This document shows, piece by piece, positions 1 through 11,279 of a stretch of 64,000 nucleotides of DNA. The translations under genes and the position numbers were made by a program. Location: contig DFWO01000190.1 of NCBI GenBank assembly GCA_002380945.1, positions 820-64,819 on the forward strand, read 5' to 3'. The notes below the pieces were generated by a model. The model saw only the letters and a program-made list of their open reading frames with translations. It was not told the DNA's origin and searched no databases. Each line of letters starts with the position of its first letter. Within the stretch, counting starts at the first letter, position 1. Source of the stretch: Methylococcaceae bacterium UBA4132. GTDB taxonomy: Bacteria > Pseudomonadota > Gammaproteobacteria > Methylococcales > Methylomonadaceae.

Positions 1-1
1 T

Positions 2-173
2 AGCGTTGGGAAAGACTCTGGGCAAACCAATCATGTCGAACGATGGCATAACACCCTTCGACAATGCTTGTCTCGCTACCCGTAAAACATTGTCTTTTTC
101 AAAGTCCAATGACTATCATGCTTGGGTCACTCATCTTTTCATTCGGAAATACAATTTGTCTATATCACTTTGA
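2..173 (+). pseudogene. 3' fragment of an IS1-family transposase (InsB-like tail), cut by the window edge and frameshifted near nt 77-83; the element probably ends near nt 187
   Basis: Frame 2 reads GQTNHVERWHNTLRQCLSRYP*. Frame 3 continues RKTLSFSKSNDYHAWVTHLFIRKYNL*. Together these match the conserved IS1 tail pattern ER-N-LRQ-L-R-RKTLSFSKS. GGTAGTGGTAAAAATC on the reverse strand (ends nt 187) resembles IS1-type GGTRRTG termini. Confidence 0.5.
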
Positions 174-647
174 TTTTTACCACTACCAAATTTTGTTTAG
201 TGAGTAAGTGTAACGCTAATAATCAGCATCAAAGAATGTCATTCAAATTGCTGACTAATCCCGTTATCCTACCAATCATTCGCTTTTCGTTCTTAATTTT
301 TATCTTCATCTTCATTGAATCGACCAGTCCACGGATAAATTCAATAAATATAAAAATCTTTTTGTTTTTCTACTCATATTCAAGCATTATTGAGAGATAC
401 TTATGTAGGTTAGCTTTCTAGGTATTCATGCGACAGTTATTTGAAAGCCAAATCCCGTGCATACTGGACAACGTAGACATAAAATATCCCGATATGATGT
501 GACGCACCCATAACGAAAAATCAATGAGTTACAAAATTTTCAATTCGCTACAGCTATTGATTCTTCTCAGAGCTTGCGTAACATCAGTCAATAATACATT
601 AAGAATATTAACGCAATATTTATGGTATTCCATAAGAAGGTCAAAAA

Positions 648-2777
648 ATGAGTCAACGTGAGAATTCTTTGCCATTAGTACTGGTCATTGATGATGATCA
701 GACCGTTCATTTATGGGCTAAGCGTTATTTATCAACTGCTGGATTTATGCTAATTTCCGCGTTAAATGGTTATGAAGGTATTGAAGCATTTAAGCTATAT
801 TTACCTGATATTGTTCTCATCGATATTGATATGCCAGGTATAGATGGCTTTGTCACCTGTTCTGCAATACACGAATTGCCCAATGGTAAAAATACGCCAT
901 TGTTAATGGTGACGGGTACTGAGGATGCGGAAAGAGTTGCTTCATCTTATGTGGCAGGAGCGACAGATTTTGTGGTAAAACCTGTCAATTGGAAAGTGCT
1001 GATACACCGCTTACACTATATGATTAAAGCCAGTAATTTGTTGCGACAGCTAGAAAGAAGTGAAACTCGCTTATCAAAAGCGCAACAACTGGCCAAACTA
1101 GGGCATTGGGAATGGTATTTTGTTGATGAAACTAAGATGTATTGGTCTGATGAAGTCTTTATTATCTTTCAGTTGATTAAGGATGATTTTGTTCCTACCC
1201 CAGCTAATTTTCAAACGATGATTCATGCAGATGATAGGTTACACGTTCAAGCGGCGTTTGATGAAGTCATCAAAAACAGAACTGTTGTCAATATTGAACA
1301 TCGTATAGTGACGAGAACGGGTCAACAACGCTTTGTTGAACAACAAATTGAAATGATTGGGAGTCCTACCGATCAATTGGCAGGCATAACAGGAACGATT
1401 CAGGATATAACTGAACGCAAAGATCACGAAAACAAAATAAAACATTTGGCTTATTATGATGAGATAACAGGTTTACCCAATCGTACTTTTTTTTGGGAGT
1501 TGTTATCGAGTACGCTCAAACTAGCACAACGCAATAATCGTAGTTTTGCAGTGTTATTTTTAGATTTGGATGATTTTAAAGGTATTAATGACTCTTATGG
1601 TCATCATATTGGTGATCTGTTGCTGAAAGAAGTTTCTAGGCGATTATCAGAATGTTTGCGCAATTCCGATGTTACCTCCAGATATTTGTATCAGTATCAC
1701 GATGCAGAGATTGCCCGACTAGGTGGCGATGAATTTACTGTGTTACTTAATGAGTTGACTCATCCTGAAGATGCCGCGATTGTAGTAGAACATATACAGA
1801 AATGGATTTCCGAACCCATTTTTTTAGAAAACTTGCAAATATATACTGGCTTTAGCATTGGTATTGCTATTTATCCACAGGATGGCGAAAACGGTGAAAC
1901 GTTGTTGAGAAATGCCGATATTGCAATGTATCACGCTAAAAAAATGGGTAAGGGGCATTATCAATTTTTTCATGATTCAATGAATATAAAAGCACAAAAA
2001 CGCCGAAGAATGGAAAAGTATATGTATCAAGCAGTGGCAAATAATGAATTACGTTTACACTATCAGCCGATAATCGGTGCTAAATCAGGTCAGTTGATTG
2101 GTGCAGAAGCGTTGATGCGTTGGGAAAGTCCACAATTAGGTTTTTTACCGCCTGATGATTTTATTTCCTTGGCGGAGGAAAATGGTTTAATTATAAAATT
2201 TGGTGAATGGGCTATTCGTGAGGTTTGTCGGCAACATAAAGTATGGCAACAACAAAACATGGGTCACTTAACCATTGCTGTTAATTTGAGTGGTTTGCAG
2301 TTTAATCAAGCTAGTTTTGTGCCAATGGTGGAAGCAATTCTTGCAGAGTGTGAGATAGATTGTCCTAGTTTTTTAATTTTTGAATTGACTGAAAGCGTCA
2401 TTATGGCAGATACCGAAAAAATGTTTAATAAACTTTGGCAGCTTAAAAGCATGGGTATCAAATTGTCAGTAGATGATTTTGGTACAGGTTATTCATCGTT
2501 GAGTTATCTGAAAAGTTTTCCACTCGACTCATTAAAAATAGATCGTTCGTTTATAGAAGAGTTACCGCATAACCAAGACGATGCTGCTATTGTCAACGCT
2601 ATTTTGGCATTAGCGAATACCTTGAATTTAAGTACAGTAGCTGAAGGTGTGGAAACGGATCGACAACGAGAGTTTCTTGAAAATAGCACTTGTAATTCGA
2701 TACAGGGTTATCTTTTTTCAAAACCAATGACCATAGATGAATTTTATACATATTGGCAATCAAAATTTATTGAGTAA
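648..2777 (+). CDS. Response-regulator receiver / PAS / GGDEF / EAL protein (c-di-GMP turnover)
   Basis: N-terminal CheY-like receiver (LVLVIDDDQ...DIDMPGIDG). GGDEF motif RLGGDEFTVL. EAL motifs EALMRWE, ELTES, DDFGTGYSS. Confidence 0.9.
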   Translation: MSQRENSLPLVLVIDDDQTVHLWAKRYLSTAGFMLISALNGYEGIEAFKLYLPDIVLIDIDMPGIDGFVTCSAIHELPNGKNTPLLMVTGTEDAERVASSYVAGATDFVVKPVNWKVLIHRLHYMIKASNLLRQLERSETRLSKAQQLAKLGHWEWYFVDETKMYWSDEVFIIFQLIKDDFVPTPANFQTMIHADDRLHVQAAFDEVIKNRTVVNIEHRIVTRTGQQRFVEQQIEMIGSPTDQLAGITGTIQDITERKDHENKIKHLAYYDEITGLPNRTFFWELLSSTLKLAQRNNRSFAVLFLDLDDFKGINDSYGHHIGDLLLKEVSRRLSECLRNSDVTSRYLYQYHDAEIARLGGDEFTVLLNELTHPEDAAIVVEHIQKWISEPIFLENLQIYTGFSIGIAIYPQDGENGETLLRNADIAMYHAKKMGKGHYQFFHDSMNIKAQKRRRMEKYMYQAVANNELRLHYQPIIGAKSGQLIGAEALMRWESPQLGFLPPDDFISLAEENGLIIKFGEWAIREVCRQHKVWQQQNMGHLTIAVNLSGLQFNQASFVPMVEAILAECEIDCPSFLIFELTESVIMADTEKMFNKLWQLKSMGIKLSVDDFGTGYSSLSYLKSFPLDSLKIDRSFIEELPHNQDDAAIVNAILALANTLNLSTVAEGVETDRQREFLENSTCNSIQGYLFSKPMTIDEFYTYWQSKFIE

Positions 2778-2818
2778 CAGATTAACTCCTGCTTGAAATA
2801 CTTAGTTGGTATGTAAAT

Positions 2819-5314
2819 TTGAAAAACATTTTTCAGGATGCTTCAATACGCATCAAATTAATATTAATTATCGGTATTGCCGTATTATTGGCATTACTGA
2901 TGGTTGCGTCAGCGATAACTGGCTATGAATATCTAGCACGGCGACAACAAACCGAACAGTCATTATTGGCTGTCGTGAATATTGTTGCATGGAACAGTTC
3001 GGCTGCATTAGCGTTTATGGATAATGAGGTCGCGCAAAAAAATTTGAAAATGTTAGAAACCCAACCTAGTATCGTGGCCGCTTTTTTATATACTCCAAAT
3101 GGTGAAATATTTGCAGAATATACAAAATCGTATCAAGTTGATGATACGTTTAATAATCTGAAAATAATCCAATGGGTAAAAGACAGTTCTTTACTTGATA
3201 TTGAAAGAACAGCTAATATTCCAATACTTGACCGAATAAAGCAAGGGGTTGAAAAAAATCTCGGCTTATCCTCTATACGACACTTACAATCAGGCTATTC
3301 TGAATTAACGTTATACGATCAATATCGGCAAATACATCTGTTGAAGCCTATCTTTATTGATGATGAATTGATAGGCATACTGCATTTGGTTGACAATCAG
3401 CATCACTTGAATGCGTTTTTTTCCAGCTTTTATTCTATTCTGGGTATTATCTTGTTATTTACTTTGTTGGCAACCATGTTAGTCTCAACACGGTTGCAAC
3501 GCATTTTTTCCATGCCTTTACTGAATTTAATGCAAGCGATGAAATCTGTTGCCAACGAGAAAAAATTTACTCGCCAAGTTATCAAAACCAGTAATGACGA
3601 ATTTGGTCAATTAGTCGATGTTTACAATGATATGCTCAGCGAAATTCATCAAAGAGATGAACAATTGGATAAGCAGCGTGAAAATTTAGAAATTCAAGTC
3701 GAAGAACGCACCGTACAATTAACCGATATTAATAACCTATTAAAACAAACGGTAGCCGATGCGTTGACTGCTAAAGAAGAGGCGGAAGCGGCTAACCTTG
3801 CTAAATCGCAGTTTCTGGCGAATATGAGTCATGAAATCAGAACCCCCATGAATGCGGTATTGGGTATGACCGATTTTTTATATGAAAGTAATTTAAATAG
3901 TGAGCAACGTCATTCCATAGAAATTGTACAGCAATCCTCACGATTATTACTGGGGGTCATTAATGATATTTTGGATTTTTCTAAAATTGAATCAGGTAAA
4001 TTGGAGCTAGATGCCCATCCGTTTAATAGTCACACATTAATTAATGATAGTTTTGCTTTATTAGAAACACAGGCAAAAGCTAAATGCTTAAAGTATCGTT
4101 TAGAGTTGGCTGATATACCCGTTATGCTGGTGGGAGATTCCATCAAACTGAGCCAAATATTAACGAATTTACTCAGTAATGCCGTTAAATTTACAGATCA
4201 TGGGCAAGTGATATTAGCCGTTACCAGCCAAGACCTAGTCGACAATAAAACCAGACTGCATATCGCAGTAACTGATACAGGTATTGGCGTTGATAAAGAA
4301 AAACAACTACTGATTTTTGACGCGTTTTCTCAAGTAGATAGCTCCATGACTCGCGCTTTTGGCGGTACAGGACTCGGTTTAGCCATTGCTAAACAATTAG
4401 TGCGTTTAATGCACGGTGAAATTGGTGTGACCAGTGAAGTAAACAAAGGGGCTAGATTCTGGTTTTGGGTTGATTTGGAAAAATCAGCTGTGCCGTCAGT
4501 CAAAACCAACGTTTATTCAGACTGTCAATTTAACGCCAACATTCTCGTTGCCGAAGATTATCTAGCCAATCAAATATTGGTTACACGGTTTCTGGAAAAC
4601 TTTGGTTGTCGCGTTAAGATAGTCAACAACGGCTTGGAGGCCACAGTCGCTGTACAGCAACAAGATTATGATTTAATTTTTATGGATTGCCAGATGCCTA
4701 TCATGGATGGTTATCAAGCGTCTACTGAAATTCGCCGTCTTGAAAGTGAGTCTGGCACAGCAAAGCATATTCCAATTATCGCTCTAACTGCGCACGCCTT
4801 AGCAGGTGATAAAGCAAAATGTTTGAGTGCGGGTATGGATGAATGGGTAACTAAACCGTTTACCCGTAAAGAATTAAATGAAGTATTGCAAAAATGGTTG
4901 CCAGAACAACTCATTATTGTTGGACAGGCTAACACCACTAAAGCAGATACTGCGTCAGATTTACCTGCTATTGATACACAATTTCTCCAGCAAAATTTTG
5001 ATTTGAATAATCCCGATGATTTAGCATTTATAGCTACTTTACAACAAGCCTTTAAAGAAAGTGTCGATCAAACGTTTAGCAGTTTGGAGCTGAGTATTCA
5101 ACAAGGTGATGCTGAACAAATTCGCCAGATGGCGCATGGTTTAAAGTCTATTAGCGGCAACGTTGGTGCGATAAGACTTTCAGCGTTATGCAAAACCATG
5201 GAGCAGGCGGGAAAAACTAAGCAATTAAAAAATGTCAGTCCCTTGTTAAGCCAGATGAAAATTGAATATACAAAAGCACTTGGCGAACTGAACCATATTT
5301 TATCGTCCACATAA
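2819..5314 (+). CDS. Hybrid sensor histidine kinase (TM-HAMP-HisKA-HATPase-REC-HPt)
   Basis: H-box SHEIRTPMN. ATPase boxes [22 protein letters not shown]. Receiver [14 protein letters not shown]...KP. C-terminal HPt [15 protein letters not shown] start as in the ORF track. Confidence 0.9.
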   Translation: MKNIFQDASIRIKLILIIGIAVLLALLMVASAITGYEYLARRQQTEQSLLAVVNIVAWNSSAALAFMDNEVAQKNLKMLETQPSIVAAFLYTPNGEIFAEYTKSYQVDDTFNNLKIIQWVKDSSLLDIERTANIPILDRIKQGVEKNLGLSSIRHLQSGYSELTLYDQYRQIHLLKPIFIDDELIGILHLVDNQHHLNAFFSSFYSILGIILLFTLLATMLVSTRLQRIFSMPLLNLMQAMKSVANEKKFTRQVIKTSNDEFGQLVDVYNDMLSEIHQRDEQLDKQRENLEIQVEERTVQLTDINNLLKQTVADALTAKEEAEAANLAKSQFLANMSHEIRTPMNAVLGMTDFLYESNLNSEQRHSIEIVQQSSRLLLGVINDILDFSKIESGKLELDAHPFNSHTLINDSFALLETQAKAKCLKYRLELADIPVMLVGDSIKLSQILTNLLSNAVKFTDHGQVILAVTSQDLVDNKTRLHIAVTDTGIGVDKEKQLLIFDAFSQVDSSMTRAFGGTGLGLAIAKQLVRLMHGEIGVTSEVNKGARFWFWVDLEKSAVPSVKTNVYSDCQFNANILVAEDYLANQILVTRFLENFGCRVKIVNNGLEATVAVQQQDYDLIFMDCQMPIMDGYQASTEIRRLESESGTAKHIPIIALTAHALAGDKAKCLSAGMDEWVTKPFTRKELNEVLQKWLPEQLIIVGQANTTKADTASDLPAIDTQFLQQNFDLNNPDDLAFIATLQQAFKESVDQTFSSLELSIQQGDAEQIRQMAHGLKSISGNVGAIRLSALCKTMEQAGKTKQLKNVSPLLSQMKIEYTKALGELNHILSST

Positions 5315-5491
5315 GTTTTAAGCCCTCCCTTCGTTGGACAGATTTTAACGTTCAACAGACTCGAAATCCTCCATTAAATTCGATACTTGACTTATGCTTT
5401 ATGCTTTTTATTTTAAGGTATTGTAGACATGATGGCATAGGCGTAAAGTTACCCGCAATTAAAAGTAACTAATCGTGTCTGTGGGGCAAAT

Positions 5492-5854
5492 ATGACCAGA
5501 TCCTCAAAAAAACCTAAAACAGTTTCCAAGAATGACGATGACAATCCGCCGCTATTTAAAGGCGATATACTCGCCAAAGCCATCGTTACCAGCGTTAGCG
5601 TTTCAATCATTAATCACACGGGCAAAGCCGTTTTTAGATCACTTACTAAACACCCACTGATTGTATTTGGGTTAGGTGTAACGACAGGCTATTTTGCACA
5701 TAAATATCGTAAACGTATTGTTAAGGCGGGTAATCGGGTCGCTGATGAAAGCAAACAATTTGTCTTGCGCCAAAAAGAAAATATATTGGATTTTCTTGCT
5801 GAAAATCAAGAGGATGTAGAAGAACAAGGTAGTTCAAAAGAAATAGATAAATAG
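5492..5854 (+). CDS. Hypothetical small protein with one or two hydrophobic segments
   Basis: 120-aa ORF with a charged N- and C-terminus and a central hydrophobic stretch. No recognisable motif. Confidence 0.4.
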   Translation: MTRSSKKPKTVSKNDDDNPPLFKGDILAKAIVTSVSVSIINHTGKAVFRSLTKHPLIVFGLGVTTGYFAHKYRKRIVKAGNRVADESKQFVLRQKENILDFLAENQEDVEEQGSSKEIDK

Positions 5855-5971
5855 TCGAAAACTAAAATTTTCAGATAGTTAAGATAACTGAGAGGCTGAA
5901 ATCTACAATATATTTTAGACTCCTAAAAAATTTGTAACACCATGTTTTGAAATCTATAAACAAGGAGAATT

Positions 5972-8446
5972 ATGATGACTACTGCTACTGCAAACATCGC
6001 TGTTTTAAAACATGGCAAAGTAGTACATGACACCAGCCGACGTGTGCGTATCATTGCCCCTGTATTAAATAAAGATTTAGAACGTGCCTATGTATTAGAA
6101 ATATTATTAAAAAAACGTTCAGGTATTTTAAAAGTACGCACGGTGGTAGATATTGCCTCGTTGACCATTCATTTTGATCCAGTCTTATTGCCTAAAAATA
6201 ATTTACTTACACTGGTGGATGCCTTGTTAGGTAATTTGGGTCAGAAAAAAATCAGTAACACAGACACCTCATTAGCGGATGAAGAGCTGGATAGTACCAT
6301 CGCCCCACAAGAATTTAATCTAGCGATTGAAGGTATGAGCTGTGTTTCCTGTGCGTTATTAATAGAAATGTTGTTGCGTAAAGATAGGCGAATTATCGCT
6401 GCCCATGTTAATTTTGCTACCGAACAAGCTACCATCATTGGCACAATAGATGAAGACACCTTGTCTGCACTCATTGAAAAAATAGGCTATCGGGCGCACA
6501 GCTTTGATACCTTGGCACAACGTAAATTGCTGATTGAACGTGAACAACAGCGTTTAAGTGCTGCCAAAAGACGCGCCGTACTCGCTGTAGCTCTCAGTGT
6601 GCCAGTCATGCTGATTGGTATGGCAGCACCGACTTCTCGATTTTGGCATTGGGCGCAACACGCATTGGCTACGCCCATTGTATTGTGGGCGGGTCAACCT
6701 TTTTTTACTAAAGCCTATAAACTGGCGCGTCAAGGTGCTACCAATATGGACAGCTTGATTGCTTTAGGAGTAGGTTCATCTTATGGTTACAGTGTGTTTT
6801 CCTTGTTAGCAGGTCAACGCGGACTGTATTTTGATTCGGCAACAGGCATTATCTCTTTTGTACTCATCGGACGTTATCTGGAAGAAAAAGCCAAAGGTAA
6901 AGCCCACGAATCCATACGCTCATTGGTCGATTTACAACCGCAATACGCGAGTGTTTTGCAAGGTGAACACGAAATTATTGTTCCTGTCGAACAACTGGCA
7001 TTAGACGATGTAGTATTAATTCGTGCAGGTGAAAAAATTCCCACCGACGGCATCGTCATTGCAGGCTTATCGACGGTGGATGAATCTATGGTGACGGGTG
7101 AAAGTCTACCCGTCATCAGAGATATTGGACAGCGTTTAGTGGGGGGCTGTATCAATGGCAATGGCGTATTGACCATGCGCGTCACGGCAGTTGGCAAAGA
7201 TACTGTGCTTGCCAATATCATACACATGGTCGATCAAGCGCAATCTTCCAAATTGCCCATTCAACAAACTGTTGATCGTATTTCGGCAGTGTTCGTTCCT
7301 AGTGTTATTGCGGTAGCGACACTCACTTTTGCAAGCTGGATGGCAGTTGGCGTGGGTTTTAGAATCGCTTTTAGTAATGCAGTGGCGGTGTTATTGATTG
7401 CTTGCCCTTGCTCCTTAGGATTGGCGACACCGATGGCAATTATGGTGGGAACAGGACGGTCAGCGCAACGCGGTGTTTATATTCGTAATGGTGAAAGCCT
7501 AGAAATGGCTGCCAAAATGACCACGATAGTGTTTGATAAAACAGGAACGATTACCGAAGGTAAACCACGCGTCACCGATTTTATTCAAGTTTCTGACGAG
7601 AGCGAACAACACATTTTGGCTCTACTCGCTTCAGCTGAATTTGACTCAGAACATTTTCTGGCTAAAACCATTGTGGCTTATGCGTTGGAGCGCGATATTA
7701 AACTGCTGAAAATCGACAGCTTCAATGCAACTATTGGCAACGGTATTGTTGCTGAAGTAGACGGCAATACTATTTTGATGGGTAATCAAACGTGGTTGGA
7801 ACAATCGGGCGTGCAGATAAACACCTTATGCGAACAAGCAGCGACTTTTGCTAAACAAGGTAAAACGCCTATATTTGCCAGCATTAATGGTAATGCAGTC
7901 GCATTATTCGGTATTGCTGACCAGCCGCGCCGCAATGCCAAAACTGCGATAGCGCGTTTGCTCAAGATGGGTGTTACACCATTAATGGTGACGGGTGATA
8001 CCGAACAAACCGCGCGTTATGTAGCAGAACAAGTCGGTATCTCCGCCGTGATTGCCAATGCTCATCCAGAGCGGAAACTGGAAATTGTTCGTGAATTACA
8101 AGCACAAGGTAAAAAGGTTGGCATGATAGGCGATGGTATTAATGATGCGCCCGCTATTGCCGCCGCCGATGTCAGTTTTGCCATTGGTACAGGCACCGAT
8201 GTTGCTATTGAAACAGCCGACTTAACGCTAGTAAGTGGTGATATTAGCAAAGTCGTCGATGTGATGGAATTGAGCGATGCCACGTTGCGTATTATCAAGC
8301 AAAATTTGTTTTGGGCATTGGGTTACAACACCATTGCGATACCTGTCGCGGCTATGGGTAGACTCAATCCGATGATTGCCTCAGCCGCGATGGCGTTTAG
8401 TTCTATTTCCGTCGTACTGAATTCTTTACGATTACAACATAAATAA
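5972..8446 (+). CDS. copA: Cu(I)-translocating P1B-type ATPase (CopA-like) with an extra Cys-less N-terminal domain
   Basis: HMA motif GMSCVSCA, TGES, membrane CPC (IACPCSLGLATP), DKTGT, GDGINDAP. TM YN (LGYN) and MxxSS (MAFSS) match the P1B-1 signature. Confidence 0.9.
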   Translation: MMTTATANIAVLKHGKVVHDTSRRVRIIAPVLNKDLERAYVLEILLKKRSGILKVRTVVDIASLTIHFDPVLLPKNNLLTLVDALLGNLGQKKISNTDTSLADEELDSTIAPQEFNLAIEGMSCVSCALLIEMLLRKDRRIIAAHVNFATEQATIIGTIDEDTLSALIEKIGYRAHSFDTLAQRKLLIEREQQRLSAAKRRAVLAVALSVPVMLIGMAAPTSRFWHWAQHALATPIVLWAGQPFFTKAYKLARQGATNMDSLIALGVGSSYGYSVFSLLAGQRGLYFDSATGIISFVLIGRYLEEKAKGKAHESIRSLVDLQPQYASVLQGEHEIIVPVEQLALDDVVLIRAGEKIPTDGIVIAGLSTVDESMVTGESLPVIRDIGQRLVGGCINGNGVLTMRVTAVGKDTVLANIIHMVDQAQSSKLPIQQTVDRISAVFVPSVIAVATLTFASWMAVGVGFRIAFSNAVAVLLIACPCSLGLATPMAIMVGTGRSAQRGVYIRNGESLEMAAKMTTIVFDKTGTITEGKPRVTDFIQVSDESEQHILALLASAEFDSEHFLAKTIVAYALERDIKLLKIDSFNATIGNGIVAEVDGNTILMGNQTWLEQSGVQINTLCEQAATFAKQGKTPIFASINGNAVALFGIADQPRRNAKTAIARLLKMGVTPLMVTGDTEQTARYVAEQVGISAVIANAHPERKLEIVRELQAQGKKVGMIGDGINDAPAIAAADVSFAIGTGTDVAIETADLTLVSGDISKVVDVMELSDATLRIIKQNLFWALGYNTIAIPVAAMGRLNPMIASAAMAFSSISVVLNSLRLQHK

Positions 8447-8459
8447 ATTCATCAACTTT

Positions 8460-9743
8460 ATGACTACTAAGGCACACCCAGTAACCCATTCTTTATTCAG
8501 CATGTTTAAAAAAATTGCCGCGATTATAGTCGCGCTGAGCGGCATTGCTTTCATTTTATGGCTAGATAGCTGGTTTATGAATCATACCGATATGCCTAAA
8601 ATCGGTGCTGATATGAGCTATGGCTTATTGCTATTAATTGGTTTTTTAACCAGTTTTCATTGTGTTGGTATGTGTGGACCATTGATTCTAGGCTATACCG
8701 CGAAAACGGCGGCTAACGGTAATAAAACGCATCACCCGCATTTGCTTTACGGTATCGGCAAAACGCTATCCTATACCAGTATTGGTGCAATGTTTGGCGC
8801 GTTCGGCTCAATTATTGCCTTTACGCCTTATACACAAGGCGCGGTAGGGGTTGCGGCGGGCATCTTTTTGTTTTTGTTTGGACTGCACATGTTAAATGTC
8901 TTTCCTGCACTGAATCATTTTCAGTTCAAACCGCCTGCTTTTTTGACGCGCTTTATCAGTAAGGAATACCGCAAACACGGTAATCCCTTTGTCATCGGTT
9001 TGTTAAATGGGCTAATGATTATTTGTGGACCATTACAAGCGATGTATGTGATGGCGGCGGGAACGGGGAATTGGTTACAGGGTGCGGCAACTTTGTTTTT
9101 TTTTGGTATTGGAACCCTGCCGTTGTTGATGGGTTTTGGTTTTCTGACCAGTATGCTGTCAGCAAACTTAACGCCTAAGTTATTAAAAGCCTCTGGTTTA
9201 ATTGTCATGGCATTGGGTGTGATTATGCTCAATCGCGGTTTAGCTGTTACAGGAACAGGCGTAGATTTCAATACCATAGTGGCGCGAGTATCGCAAAAAC
9301 TCTCTCCAAAAGGGGCAGAATCGGTGTCTTGCGAATTTGGGCAAAGCATCAGCATGGATGTATTGAAATCAAGTTATTCGCCTAACCAGTTCATCATTCG
9401 CAAAGGCATTCCATTACAATGGGAAATTAATGTGAAAGAACTTAATGAATGCAATAAAGAAATTGTCATTCCAGACTATGATATGAAAATACCCTTAAAA
9501 AAAGGCAAACAGACGGTTGAATTTACGCCTAAAGAAGTGGGCGTTATACCGTGGAGTTGTTGGATGGGTATGATACCTGGCACGTTTATCGTGGTAGAAG
9601 ACACGCCTGCCGACAAACCCGCAGAGCTTGCCGATAGTTCAAACTCTGAACAAGTTGATTTAGTCGAGCAAAGTCAGCAATGGCTACAAGAATTAAAACA
9701 ATTTTGGCAATCTTTATATTCACGAGGTGAGGATAAGCCATGA
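8460..9743 (+). CDS. DsbD_2/TauE-like polytopic membrane protein fused to a C-terminal cupredoxin-like domain
   Basis: Membrane motifs SFHCVGMCGPL and MIICGPLQA. C-terminal beta-rich domain ends in WSCWMGMIPGTFIVVE (C-x-M-x-M copper-site-like). Starts 13 nt after copA. Confidence 0.75.
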   Translation: MTTKAHPVTHSLFSMFKKIAAIIVALSGIAFILWLDSWFMNHTDMPKIGADMSYGLLLLIGFLTSFHCVGMCGPLILGYTAKTAANGNKTHHPHLLYGIGKTLSYTSIGAMFGAFGSIIAFTPYTQGAVGVAAGIFLFLFGLHMLNVFPALNHFQFKPPAFLTRFISKEYRKHGNPFVIGLLNGLMIICGPLQAMYVMAAGTGNWLQGAATLFFFGIGTLPLLMGFGFLTSMLSANLTPKLLKASGLIVMALGVIMLNRGLAVTGTGVDFNTIVARVSQKLSPKGAESVSCEFGQSISMDVLKSSYSPNQFIIRKGIPLQWEINVKELNECNKEIVIPDYDMKIPLKKGKQTVEFTPKEVGVIPWSCWMGMIPGTFIVVEDTPADKPAELADSSNSEQVDLVEQSQQWLQELKQFWQSLYSRGEDKP

Positions 9744-10048
9744 GAAAATCGTCTTTATTTTTTTACAGTTTGATAACTGAGTTGATGGTGTTGAGCCTGC
9801 TTCTATTATATGGTGCTATAGATAAAAACACCCAACAGGAAAGCCTGCAAGAAAAAGCCATGTTGGTTGAAACGCTACAATTAACGGATTTATGTCTATT
9901 TACTGAAGCACGTTATACGCGGCATTTATCACAAGCGGATTTAAATACCGCGTTTCAAGATCACCCTGTGTCGCTAGAGCATTTTCCGTCTGGCTCATTC
10001 ACTCAGCCGTCGTTTACAGGAATGGGTAGTCATGAACAGTTGGATTGA
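9740..10048 (+). CDS. Small membrane-anchored hypothetical protein
   Basis: ATGA start/stop overlap with the upstream gene. N-terminal TM helix. Overlaps the FtsX-type gene by 17 nt. Confidence 0.5.
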   Translation: MRKSSLFFYSLITELMVLSLLLLYGAIDKNTQQESLQEKAMLVETLQLTDLCLFTEARYTRHLSQADLNTAFQDHPVSLEHFPSGSFTQPSFTGMGSHEQLD

Positions 10049-11276
10049 AAAGCAACGCTATATTATTGATTTCACTTTATCCTCCTTGTTGCGTAGAAAA
10101 GTGAAAAACATAGGATTGTTAGTCTTATATACGTTGATTGTATTTATTTTGGCATCCATGATGTTTTTCACGCATTCCATTAAGCGTGAAGCCGCCTTGA
10201 TTTTAAAAGGTGCGCCAGAAGTTGTCGTGCAGAAAATTGTTGCGGGTCGGCACGATTTAATGCCTATCGAATATTTGGACACCATTAAAAAAATTCGTGG
10301 CGTGGCAACAGCCGCTCCTCGTTTGTGGGGCTACTATTACGACAATCTAGTCAAAGCCAATTACACCTTGTTAGTACCGCCCACTCAGACAACTACCACC
10401 AATATAAGCAGAACCACGGTAGTTGAAAACGAGCCAAACTCACAGAGCGTCGATTTAACCAAACCGCTATACGAAGTAAACGGTACGAAACTGGAATCTG
10501 GCACGATTATTATTGGTAATGGCGTGGCTAGATTACGTCAAATTGCTAAGGGTGATTACATGCCGTTTTTGAGCTTTGATGGCAACGTGATGAATCTCAA
10601 AGTGGTTGATACCTTGTCTGCACAATCCGAATTAGTCTCTTCCGACTTATTGCTAATCACTGAGGAAGATTTTAGAAAACTGTTTGGTATAGATAAGCAG
10701 TTTGTCACCGATATGACCGTAGTGGTCAATAATCCCAGCGAAATGCCAACAGTGGCAGCAAAAATCAAAAAACGTTTACCGCAAGCCCGTCCGATTATTC
10801 GAGATGAAATACTGCGTACTTACGAATCTATTTTCAACTGGCGCGGCGGCATGATGATCGTCATTTTTTCAGCGGCAGTGTTAGCGTTTGTGATTTTTGC
10901 GTGGGATAAAGCGTCGGGGTTGAGTGCAGGTGAGCGGCGCGAAATCGGCATATTAAAAGCCGTCGGTTGGGAAACATCGGATGTGATTCAAATGAAATTT
11001 TGGGAAGGTGCGATTATTTCTCTGACCGCTTTTTTTAGCGGTGTAATTTTAGCCTATATTCATGTGTTCTTTATGGGATCGCCTGTGTTTGAACCTGCTT
11101 TAAAAGGATGGTCGGCTTTATATCCTAATTTTTCGCTTACCCCGTTTGTCAATATCGAACAGCTTACCACGTTATTTTTTCTAACTGTCTTGCCTTACAC
11201 AGTCGCAACCATCGTGCCGATTTGGCGGGCGGCAACCATAGACCCCGATTCTGCGATGCGTTTTACTGGAGATTAG
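10032..11276 (+). CDS. FtsX/MacB-type (type VII) ABC transporter permease
   Basis: N-terminal TM, roughly 230-aa extracytoplasmic domain, and C-terminal FtsX bundle (GILKAVGWETSDVIQMKFWEGAIISL). Confidence 0.85.
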   Translation: MNSWIEKQRYIIDFTLSSLLRRKVKNIGLLVLYTLIVFILASMMFFTHSIKREAALILKGAPEVVVQKIVAGRHDLMPIEYLDTIKKIRGVATAAPRLWGYYYDNLVKANYTLLVPPTQTTTTNISRTTVVENEPNSQSVDLTKPLYEVNGTKLESGTIIIGNGVARLRQIAKGDYMPFLSFDGNVMNLKVVDTLSAQSELVSSDLLLITEEDFRKLFGIDKQFVTDMTVVVNNPSEMPTVAAKIKKRLPQARPIIRDEILRTYESIFNWRGGMMIVIFSAAVLAFVIFAWDKASGLSAGERREIGILKAVGWETSDVIQMKFWEGAIISLTAFFSGVILAYIHVFFMGSPVFEPALKGWSALYPNFSLTPFVNIEQLTTLFFLTVLPYTVATIVPIWRAATIDPDSAMRFTGD

Positions 11277-11279
11277 CGA

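Noticed and set aside
122-421. 99-aa ORF downstream of the IS end
   Set aside because: It is an AT-rich, low-complexity translation (FIFIFI, repeated Ile/Phe/Ser) with no RBS or motif. It begins inside the IS1 transposase tail and runs past the IS end (nt ~187) into AT-rich intergenic DNA. Most likely non-coding.
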